Assembly (NCBI GenBank): GCA_039178645.1 | Contig: JBCDFD010000001.1 | Location: 1 to 56,327 of the forward strand | DNA length: 56,327 nucleotides | From: Pseudomonadota bacterium | GTDB taxonomy: Bacteria > Pseudomonadota > Alphaproteobacteria > Rhodobacterales > Rhodobacteraceae | Direction: 5' to 3' | Shown: positions 47,669 through 56,327 of the stretch, one piece after another | Position numbering within the stretch: position 1 is the first letter of the stretch | Layout: the number at the start of each line of letters is the position of its first letter | The notes under the pieces: generated by a model | The model's input: the letters and a program-made list of their open reading frames with translations, nothing else | Database searches by the model: none | Told to the model about the DNA's origin: nothing | Program-made: the position numbers and the translations under genes

Positions 47669-49272
47669 GTGTCCGCCTCCACCGGTTGACTGGACGACGG
47701 CGCGGACGGCTCAGCGCTCGCTGCCGCGGAGGCGGCAGCCGCCTCCTCTGCCGCTTTCTTCTTCGCCGCCGCCGCTTCGGCCTGTTTCTTTTTCTTCGCC
47801 GCTTGCTCCGCTTTGCGTTTGGCCATGGCAGCCTTCTTCGCGGCTGCAATCGCCTCTTGGCGCGCGGTTCGGGCCGCCGCCAGCCTTTTGGTTTCTTCCT
47901 GCTGGTGCTTGCGGCTTTCCTTGGCCGCCAGACGCCCCTTGGCGTAGTTGAAACTCTGCACCAGCGGAATGTTGGACGGGCAAATGAATGAACAGGACCC
48001 ACAGGCCACGCAGTCCATCAAACCCGCGTCCACGGCTTCCTCCAGATTGTCCGACTGAATCCGCGCATTCATTTCCATCGGCAGCAACCCACAGGGGCAA
48101 GCTGACACACAGGACCCGCAGCGAATACATGGCATCGCCTGTTTGCGCCGGGTTTCCCCATGGGTGAGCGCCAAGACCCCGTTGGACCCTTTCACAATCG
48201 GAACCCGCAACGACCGGATCGGTAGACCCATCATCGGACCACCCAACAGCAACCGGTCAGGCTCACCATGCAGCCCGCCGCAATGGTCAATCAAATCGGA
48301 CACCGGTGTGCCGATCAGCACTTCGACATTGGCCGGACGGTTCACACCCCGGCCCGACACGGTCACCACACGAGACAAGAGCGGCTCGGAGTACCGGACA
48401 GCTTTGTGCACCGCTTGGGCCGTGGCGGCGTTATGGACCACAACGCCCAGTTCGGCGGTCAGCGCACGGGCCGGAGTTTCCAGCCCCAAGACGGTCTGAA
48501 CCAGGTGCTTCTCCGACCCCATCGGATAAAGCGTCGGAACCGGCCGCACCTCACCGCCCGGGCCCATCTGCAACGTGTGGTGCCGCATGTCCGCGATGGC
48601 TTCGGGTTTGTTGGTCTCAATGGCGATGATGACTTTCTTCACGCCAAGCGCCTTGGCCATGATCGCTGTGCCGTCGGCCACTTCCTCGGTGCGCTCGCGC
48701 AGCAGGCGTTCGTCGCAGGTCAGGTAAGGCTCGCACTCGGCGGCGTTGATGATCAAGGTGTGCAGGTCATACTTGGCGCCCAACCCCAGTTTCACCGACG
48801 AGGGGAAGGTTGCGCCGCCCATGCCAACGATGCCGGCTTCCATCACGCGGTTGGCGATCTCCTTGGGGCTGGCATCTTCGGGGTGCATCCGCGACAGGCG
48901 CGGCCCCCATTTGTCCTCGCCGTCAGGCCGAATGGTCACCGTGGTGACGGGCAAGCCCGAAGGATGCGGGGCCGCAAATGGCCCCACCGAGATCACCTTA
49001 CCCGAGGTGGGCGCATGGACGTTGGCCGAGACCATGCCTCGAGCCTTGCCGATCAGTTGGCCTTTGAGCACATAATCGTCCCGTTCCACCATCGGAACTG
49101 CTTCGGCCCCGATGTGCTGTTGCAACGGCACGCGCAGCAGCTTCGGCATCGGCATCTTTTCGATGGCCGCATTCTTGGACAGATACTTGCGGGTCTCTGG
49201 GTGCACACCACCGCGCAGGCGGAACGCTCCAGCGGTGCGTTTCAGGAAAGGTAGGTCCAGCAATCCCATCAC
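47665..49272 (-). CDS. rnfC: Rnf complex subunit C
   Basis: GGVHP, GIVGMGGATFP, NAAECEPYLT.D, YPMGSEK, GGPMMG and two 4Fe-4S motifs; Ala/Lys tail. Confidence 0.96.
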   Translation of the reverse strand: MMGLLDLPFLKRTAGAFRLRGGVHPETRKYLSKNAAIEKMPMPKLLRVPLQQHIGAEAVPMVERDDYVLKGQLIGKARGMVSANVHAPTSGKVISVGPFAAPHPSGLPVTTVTIRPDGEDKWGPRLSRMHPEDASPKEIANRVMEAGIVGMGGATFPSSVKLGLGAKYDLHTLIINAAECEPYLTCDERLLRERTEEVADGTAIMAKALGVKKVIIAIETNKPEAIADMRHHTLQMGPGGEVRPVPTLYPMGSEKHLVQTVLGLETPARALTAELGVVVHNAATAQAVHKAVRYSEPLLSRVVTVSGRGVNRPANVEVLIGTPVSDLIDHCGGLHGEPDRLLLGGPMMGLPIRSLRVPIVKGSNGVLALTHGETRRKQAMPCIRCGSCVSACPCGLLPMEMNARIQSDNLEEAVDAGLMDCVACGSCSFICPSNIPLVQSFNYAKGRLAAKESRKHQQEETKRLAAARTARQEAIAAAKKAAMAKRKAEQAAKKKKQAEAAAAKKKAAEEAAAASAAASAEPSAPSSSQPVEADT

Positions 49273-49823
49273 GCCGCGTCCTCATAAACAGACCCAGGCT
49301 TTGGCCAATGCCAGTTGCGCAGGGTCTTGGGTTTCGGTCGCAGGAGGATGGCCTTGGTGGGGCAGACCTCCACACAGGCGTCGCAGCCGGTGCAGGCGTC
49401 GGTGATCACCGTGTGGATTTGCTTGGCCGCACCAACGATGGCGTCAGTGGGGCAGCGTTTGTAGCATTTGGTGCACCCGGTGCAGTGATCTTCGAATATG
49501 AACGCCACCAGGGGGTCGGGTTCTTCCTTGCTGTCGCCACCGCCGCCTTGGGGGACATCGACACCCGCAATCTCGGCCAGTTGGACGATCACATCCTTGC
49601 CACCCGGGGGGCAGAGCGTCACTGGCGCGGCCTCTGCCGCCACGGCCTCCGCCGCGCCTCGGCATCCGGGGAAACCGCATTGGCCACAGTTGGTGCCAGG
49701 CAGGACAGCCTCCAGGTCATCCACAATGGGCGGCGTTTCGACGTAAAACACCTTGGCGGCGATCCCCAAGATCACACCCAGGACGAGCCCCATCAAGGCC
49801 ATGGTGAGCACGGCTGCGATCAT
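49269..49823 (-). CDS. rnfB: Rnf complex subunit B
   Basis: LPGTNCGQCGFPGC, CPPGG, CTGCTKC..CP and CTGC..C..CP motifs. Confidence 0.95.
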   Translation of the reverse strand: MIAAVLTMALMGLVLGVILGIAAKVFYVETPPIVDDLEAVLPGTNCGQCGFPGCRGAAEAVAAEAAPVTLCPPGGKDVIVQLAEIAGVDVPQGGGGDSKEEPDPLVAFIFEDHCTGCTKCYKRCPTDAIVGAAKQIHTVITDACTGCDACVEVCPTKAILLRPKPKTLRNWHWPKPGSVYEDAA

Positions 49824-49872
49824 TGGCAGTCTCCTTGGGTGAGGGCTTGGGTGGTGGAGGACGAAGCGTGGG

Positions 49873-50454
49873 TCATTGGCTCACCAACCCGGCGAACCCC
49901 ATGAAGGCGGTGGACAACAGCCCGGCGGTGATGAAAGCAATGGGTGCACCTTGGAACGGCGCAGGCACATCCATGCGCGCGGTGCGTTCGCGCAGCCCTG
50001 CAAACATCACCAACACCAGTGTGAAGCCCAAGGCCGAGCCAAAACCGTAAAGCAGGCTTTCGGGCAGGCTGTGGCCCTCTTGTATGTTCAGCAACGCCAC
50101 GCCCAAGACGGCGCAGTTGGTGGTGATCAACGGCAGGAAAATCCCCAGACCGCGATAGAGCGTCGGGGACATCTTGCGAATGGCGGCTTCGGTGAATTGC
50201 ACGATGGCCGCGATCACCAGGATGAAACTGATGATCCGCAGGAACTCCAACCCCAGGGGGATGAGCAGCCAAGTTTCCACCATCCACCCAATGGCGGCGG
50301 TGAGCGTGAGCACAAAGGTTGTGGCAAAGCCCATGCCAATCGCGCTTTCCATGCGACCTGAAATGCCCATGAAGGGGCAGAGACCCAGAAACTTCACCAA
50401 CACCACATTGTTCACCAATGCGGTGCTGAGGAGGATGATCAGGAACTCTGGCAT
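49873..50454 (-). CDS. rnfA: Rnf complex subunit A
   Basis: [30 protein letters not shown] and FMGF motifs. Confidence 0.95.
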   Translation of the reverse strand: MPEFLIILLSTALVNNVVLVKFLGLCPFMGISGRMESAIGMGFATTFVLTLTAAIGWMVETWLLIPLGLEFLRIISFILVIAAIVQFTEAAIRKMSPTLYRGLGIFLPLITTNCAVLGVALLNIQEGHSLPESLLYGFGSALGFTLVLVMFAGLRERTARMDVPAPFQGAPIAFITAGLLSTAFMGFAGLVSQ

Positions 50455-50494
50455 GGGGCTTGTGTCCTTTGCGCGGTGGCCGTGGTCCCCATGA

Positions 50495-50510
50495 AGCATT
50501 GGCCATGCCA
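50495..50510 (-). promoter_or_regulatory. sigma54 promoter of the rnf operon
   Basis: Minus strand TGGCATGGCCAATGCT with correct GG/GC spacing, about 40 bp upstream of rnfA. Confidence 0.75.
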
Positions 50511-50686
50511 AGCGGTTGGTGAAACTCCGACCATGGCAGTCAGCCAAGTTAGACCGGAATGCGCCCTGCACCTGCGATATCTATTAATTTCAAGGCATTA
50601 GGGCTGATCGAGATATTCGCATTGCCCATACTGCGAAACCGCACGGTCACCATGCCAACCGACTGGTTTGGTTTGCTACATTGTCG

Positions 50687-50702
50687 TGTCGCTGTCTGCA
50701 CA
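50687..50702. promoter_or_regulatory. NifA upstream activator sequence
   Basis: TGT-CGCTGTCTGC-ACA = TGT-N10-ACA between the two divergent sigma54 promoters. Confidence 0.75.
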
Positions 50703-50807
50703 CTGGGTACCGCAAGGCATCGCCCAGACCCGAACCAACGGCGCAAACGCACGTTCGTCGTCGCTTTGCGCCATGTTTTGGAGTGCATCCCAAACCAAAT
50801 GACCGCT

Positions 50808-50823
50808 TGGCACGCCCCGTGCT
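50808..50823 (+). promoter_or_regulatory. sigma54 promoter of the fprA operon
   Basis: TGGCACGCCCCGTGCT. Confidence 0.75.
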
Positions 50824-50906
50824 TGATCCTTGGCATACGAATTGTCGGACACCCAGCCGACCAAGCTCCGGAGGGACGCGTGGCGCGAGATGAGAAGATA
50901 GGTCGA

Positions 50907-52491
<1,585 letters not shown>

Positions 52492-52554
52492 TCGCGGAGC
52501 GCGTCACAGCCAAGGCCGGTCTGGCCGGCCAGTAGCTTTAGGAAAGGAAACACC

Positions 52555-52752
52555 ATGTCCGTCGTTATCTCAGGCGATCTGTGCACCACCTGCGGAGACT
52601 GTGAACCGGTCTGCCCCACCGGCGCCATCGTGCCGAAAAAGGGCGTGTACACCGTCAAAACCGATATCTGCACCGAATGTGAGCCCGACCATGACATGCC
52701 CCAGTGCATGAGCGTGTGCATGGAAGACGGTTGCATCGACTTCGCCGCATGA
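52555..52752 (+). CDS. fdxN: 2[4Fe-4S] ferredoxin (FdxN-like)
   Basis: CTTCGDCEPVCP and CTEC-x8-CMSVC (insert typical of nif ferredoxins). Confidence 0.88.
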   Translation: MSVVISGDLCTTCGDCEPVCPTGAIVPKKGVYTVKTDICTECEPDHDMPQCMSVCMEDGCIDFAA

Positions 52753-53198
52753 CCGACGACGGCGACGCTTGCGAGCCTCAGATGCGCCGCAGCCTACGGG
52801 TGATTGGCGTGGACGGGACCCGCGTGACGCTGGAGGCCCCTAGGGCCTCCGCTTGCGCGTCCTGCGCGATCAAAGCGGGTTGTGGCACGGGCGCGCTGGC
52901 TGAAATGCTGGGCGCGAAGGAAACGCTCTGCGTGGACACCGACATCCCAACCTCGGTGGGCGATGTTTTGGAGGTCACCATGGACCGGACGCAGTTTCTG
53001 CAAACGCTGCTGTGGGTGTACGCCACCCCGGCCCTTGCACTCATCCTGGTGGCCGCAATGTCATTGGTGGCGGGCCTATCCAATGGGACAACCGCGGTAC
53101 TGCTCATCCCTGCATTAGGCCTTGCCCTATTGCCCATGCTCCGAGCGGAGAAGCGGACCGCCACAGCCGTTTCAGTCCGGCATCCTGTCGAAACCTAA
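52749..53198 (+). CDS. rseC: RseC/MucC family protein
   Basis: SACASC....GCG, VGD and Y..P motifs; 2 TM; ATGA overlap with fdxN. Confidence 0.85.
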   Translation: MTDDGDACEPQMRRSLRVIGVDGTRVTLEAPRASACASCAIKAGCGTGALAEMLGAKETLCVDTDIPTSVGDVLEVTMDRTQFLQTLLWVYATPALALILVAAMSLVAGLSNGTTAVLLIPALGLALLPMLRAEKRTATAVSVRHPVET

Positions 53199-53231
53199 AC
53201 TCCGCGCCACAGGTCTGAGCGGCGGTGCCAC

Positions 53232-54983
53232 TCAGATCTTCTTGATTTCAATATTGTGCTTCTTCAACGCGTAGCCGATCTGGCGGGGTGTCATCCCAAG
53301 GATGCGCGCGGCTTTCGCCTGCACCCAACCCGCCTGTTGCATCGCCTCGACCAACTCTTCGGCCTCTGTGTTGGTGGTCTTGCGCCGCTGCGGTGGCTGC
53401 GGATTGATCGGTGCGGCGGGCGAGAAGGGACGTTGGGACTCCTTCATGGTCCCATAGACCACCTCACCGGCGGCGAGATTGCTCACGGCTGACCCCGGCG
53501 GGGTCTGCATCCGCCATAGCTCTGTCGAAAGACAGGCGTCGTAGTGACATGCAAGATCCTCGTGCTGGATCACATCCCCTTCACACAGCGCCGCTGTCCG
53601 GTTGATGCAGTTTTCCAACTCGCGGACGTTGCCAGGGAAACGGCAACCCGACAGCGACTCCATCGCGGTAGACGTGATGCCGATCTTGGTGCCGTTTTCT
53701 TTGTTGAATTGATCCAAGAACGTTTTCGCCAGGTCCGGTATATCCTCGGGCCGTTCCCGCAAGGGCGGCAGTTGGATCGGCACAACGCAAATTCGGAAAT
53801 ACAGGTCAGCACGGAAATCACCCTTGGCCACCGCCTGTTCCAGGTCCTTGTTCGTCGCCGTGATCAGCCGGACATCGACTTTGAGCGTCTTGGTGCCGCC
53901 CACCCGTTCAAACTCACCCTCTTGGAGCACCCGGAGAAGTTTGGTCTGGAACTCGTGATTGATCTCGCCAATTTCATCGAGGAACAATGTTCCGCCGTGG
54001 GCCAACTCAAACCGGCCCTTCTTCTGTCCGGTGGCGCCGGTGAACGACCCCTTCTCATGGCCAAAAAGCTCGGTTTCCAGCAATGTCTCGCTGAGCGCCG
54101 CGCAGTTGACCTTGATAAATGGCTTATCTGCCCGCTCGCTGAGCCCATGGATGGCACGGGCAAACAGTTCCTTTCCAGTCCCGCTTTCGCCGCGGAGGAG
54201 CACTTGCGCGCTGGTGGGCGCAACTTTGCGCACCCGCCTGATCACGCTGGACAGCGCAGGGCTCGCCCCAACGATGCCCTCCACGGGCAGGGCCGGTTGT
54301 TCGGGTTCCTCGCGGGTGTGCTGTAGCGCCTTGATGGCGTCGCCTGCCTCGCGGAACAGCCGTTCGCGATCCTGCGCCACGATCCGCTGCACTCGCATGG
54401 CCTGCTCAAACAGCGACGCGATCATGGTGATCACGCGCAGGTCGGTGTCGACGTTGCGACCTGGATCATCGAGGAATGGCCGGAATACGGTCAGAACGCC
54501 TGTCACCAAGGGCTGGTCGGCGTCCGCGCGCACGGGCACGGCGATCAGGGCAAGCTTTTTATCCCGCGCCACCTTGGGCAGCGCGTCGAACCCTAACTCA
54601 GACACCACGTCGAGCGACACCAAAGGCACGCCAGTGCGGAACACCATTTGCACGACACGCGTTGGGAGCTCTAGCCGAGACTTCAAATCGGGCGCAGTGC
54701 CATGGGCGGTGGCACAGAGGAAAAACGGGTTCACCAGCTTTTCACCGCCCCATTGCGAACCGGGTTCCGATATCATCGACAGCGAACCATACCGCAGCCC
54801 CATCATGGAACTGAGTGCGCCAAACACTTCGGGCATCACCGCCACCGGATCAACCGACCCCGTGAGCAGCTTTGCAACCTCAAACAGAGTTTCCACCGAT
54901 GGAGACGATTGCGCCTGAACCGGTTTTTTGGGGATCTCTGCAATCATAGTTTGATCGTCAGTATTTCTGTCGTGCTTCATCAT
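53232..54983 (-). CDS. nifA: Nif-specific sigma54 activator NifA (start may be 54947-55067)
   Basis: GAF + AAA+ ([29 protein letters not shown]), Cys-containing linker [29 protein letters not shown]. Confidence 0.93.
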   Translation of the reverse strand: MMKHDRNTDDQTMIAEIPKKPVQAQSSPSVETLFEVAKLLTGSVDPVAVMPEVFGALSSMMGLRYGSLSMISEPGSQWGGEKLVNPFFLCATAHGTAPDLKSRLELPTRVVQMVFRTGVPLVSLDVVSELGFDALPKVARDKKLALIAVPVRADADQPLVTGVLTVFRPFLDDPGRNVDTDLRVITMIASLFEQAMRVQRIVAQDRERLFREAGDAIKALQHTREEPEQPALPVEGIVGASPALSSVIRRVRKVAPTSAQVLLRGESGTGKELFARAIHGLSERADKPFIKVNCAALSETLLETELFGHEKGSFTGATGQKKGRFELAHGGTLFLDEIGEINHEFQTKLLRVLQEGEFERVGGTKTLKVDVRLITATNKDLEQAVAKGDFRADLYFRICVVPIQLPPLRERPEDIPDLAKTFLDQFNKENGTKIGITSTAMESLSGCRFPGNVRELENCINRTAALCEGDVIQHEDLACHYDACLSTELWRMQTPPGSAVSNLAAGEVVYGTMKESQRPFSPAAPINPQPPQRRKTTNTEAEELVEAMQQAGWVQAKAARILGMTPRQIGYALKKHNIEIKKI

Positions 54984-55132
54984 GGGTGCCCCGTCGTTCG
55001 TGTATGCCTGTGCATAGTGCGTATCAAAGGGTCGGCGCCGCTCGATCAATCGAACGTTCTGATCCAATGACTTGCCACAGAAGCCGGGACGTGGCGCGAT
55101 AGTCGGCCAACACGCGTCGAAACGGCGCGATC

Positions 55133-55146
55133 TTGATGCGCATTAA
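55133..55146. promoter_or_regulatory. FNR-like box (1 mismatch) upstream of nifA
   Basis: TTGAT-GCGC-ATTAA. Confidence 0.4.
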
Positions 55147-55187
55147 GGTACTTTTTTTATCAAATCGATCCGAAATTGACCTGGAAT

Positions 55188-55204
55188 TGCAACTTTTTGG
55201 TGCA
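55188..55204. promoter_or_regulatory. NtrC-like binding site upstream of nifA
   Basis: TGCAACT-TTT-TGGTGCA versus consensus TGCACCA-N3-TGGTGCA. Confidence 0.6.
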
Positions 55205-55372
55205 CAATGTTTTAAGACTGTTCCGAAAGCGACACTCGCGCGGCGCGCGAATCTGGGGACGCGTCTCAGCGATGTTTGATCAGGAATATCAATTTGTGGT
55301 CATTTCGGATTAGCGCCCAAACAGACCCAATGGACCAGCTAAACCCAGTATTAGTGGCTCGGTTGGAGGACG

Positions 55373-55448
55373 TGGCAGGGGCAGCAGGGTTCGAACCCGC
55401 GACCTACGGTTTTGGAGACCGTCGCTCTACCAGCTGAGCTATACCCCT
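55373..55448 (-). tRNA. trnW: tRNA-Trp (CCA)
   Basis: AGGGGTATAGCTCAGCTGGTAGAGC...CTCCAAA...GGTTCGAACCC...CCTGCCA; 76 nt, encoded CCA end. Confidence 0.97.
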
Positions 55449-55502
55449 AAGGCCAAGGGGTGACTAAGCCGAAACCCCAGCCGCTTCAAGCGAAAACCAG
55501 GA

Positions 55503-55961
55503 TCATTGGGTCGTGAGCGTCCACACCAACTGCCCATTTGAATGGGACAAGCGCTGTATCAACCGGACCGGGTCATCGTCGGCGGACATCTTCTGTTCGA
55601 GCACAAGATCCAACCCATCCCAGCGGGCGCACTGGTAGGGCAATGCGAATTTGGGCTGAGACTTGCTGTTGAGGTCGCGACAGAGCGGTGGTGCATCCAG
55701 TGCCGAAGGTGCCCCCAAGCGATCCGCGGCTCGATCAAACGCGACCGAGGTCATGGTGGCTTCGAATAGGAAACCGCCCGGAGAAATGTCACCGCCGATA
55801 TGGAACCGGGTCGGCTCCGCGTCCTCGCCCAAAAATCGCGCGGGTTCCGAGAAGGACGGGACAATTGTGGCGATTGGACCGGCGAAAATGAGGAAACCGG
55901 CATAGGCCGCAGCCAAAGTGAGCGCGGCGCGCTGGCCCCAAAGGATGAGTTTATCTGACAT
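55503..55961 (-). CDS. Hypothetical membrane-anchored protein
   Basis: 152-aa ORF with an N-terminal TM segment, between tuf and trnW. Confidence 0.55.
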   Translation of the reverse strand: MSDKLILWGQRAALTLAAAYAGFLIFAGPIATIVPSFSEPARFLGEDAEPTRFHIGGDISPGGFLFEATMTSVAFDRAADRLGAPSALDAPPLCRDLNSKSQPKFALPYQCARWDGLDLVLEQKMSADDDPVRLIQRLSHSNGQLVWTLTTQ

Positions 55962-56075
55962 GGCTTCGCCTTTGCTTCGGCTTGGGTCACCAAAGTGCTA
56001 CGCGGGCAGAGAGATCAGTTGCAAGCCGGGTCAATTGTCACTTCTGAGTGTTGAGAGGCTTTGACGGGATCAATG

Positions 56076-56104
56076 AAAGAAAAGGGCAGCCGCGTCGCCG
56101 CCCT
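56076..56104 (-). terminator. Rho-independent terminator downstream of tuf
   Basis: Minus strand AGGGCGGC-GACGCG-GCUGCCCU followed by UUUCUUU. Confidence 0.7.
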
Positions 56105-56228
56105 CTGTAATGTTGTCCGAGTTCCAGTGGCGCCAGCTTGGGTGACGCTTGGGCTCACTCGGTGATCTTCAACGTTGCTTTCGTGGCGTGTCTCGGGAAC
56201 ATCGATCAAGCCGACCCTGCGGGCCGAC

Positions 56229-56327
56229 TTATTCGATGATCTTGGACACGACGCCCGCGCCGACGGTGCGGCCGCCTTCGCGGATGGCGAAGCGGAGCTT
56301 TTCTTCCATGGCGATGGGCGCGATCAG
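56229..56327 (-). CDS. tuf: Elongation factor Tu, C-terminal fragment (runs off window)
   Basis: [32 protein letters not shown]. Confidence 0.97.
   Translation of the reverse strand: MIAPIAMEEKLRFAIREGGRTVGAGVVSKIIE

Noticed and set aside
50831-50846. Second sigma54-like site TGGCATACGAATTGTC
   Set aside because: Lacks the -12 GC; the site at 50808 is a better match

Overview
GC-rich alphaproteobacterial chromosomal window. The gene content (tuf, leuB/leuD, meaB, hrpB, sdaA, pqiABC, a VPLPA-CTERM protein) points to Rhodobacteraceae/Roseobacter group; this is inference. The right end carries a nitrogen-fixation electron-supply module: rnfABCDGEH divergent from fprA-fdxC-fdxN-rseC, plus a convergent nifA. 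It has two sigma54 promoters sharing a TGT-N10-ACA NifA site and sits directly downstream of tRNA-Trp, where secE-nusG would normally be expected. No nifHDK is in the window. A second small sigma54-driven nif islet (ArsC-like nitrogenase-associated protein) lies about 16 kb away. Best candidates for undescribed biology: (1) a putative nucleobase/pterin uptake-and-breakdown locus at 32.6-43.3 kb (stand-alone PreA-like reductase, 5'-nucleotidase, FolB-like T-fold protein, PuuE-like hydrolase, PotABCD-like ABC importer, BtpA-like TIM barrel, PRTase with an altered PRPP motif); (2) phnF/phnN without the C-P lyase core, next to a TRAP transporter and an ICL/PEP-mutase-family enzyme; (3) a convergent pair of secreted proteases, one with two complete trypsin domains plus PDZ and TPR; (4) an AT-rich single-gene cassette flanked by related palindromes. 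All calls come from reading motifs by eye; no database searches were run.
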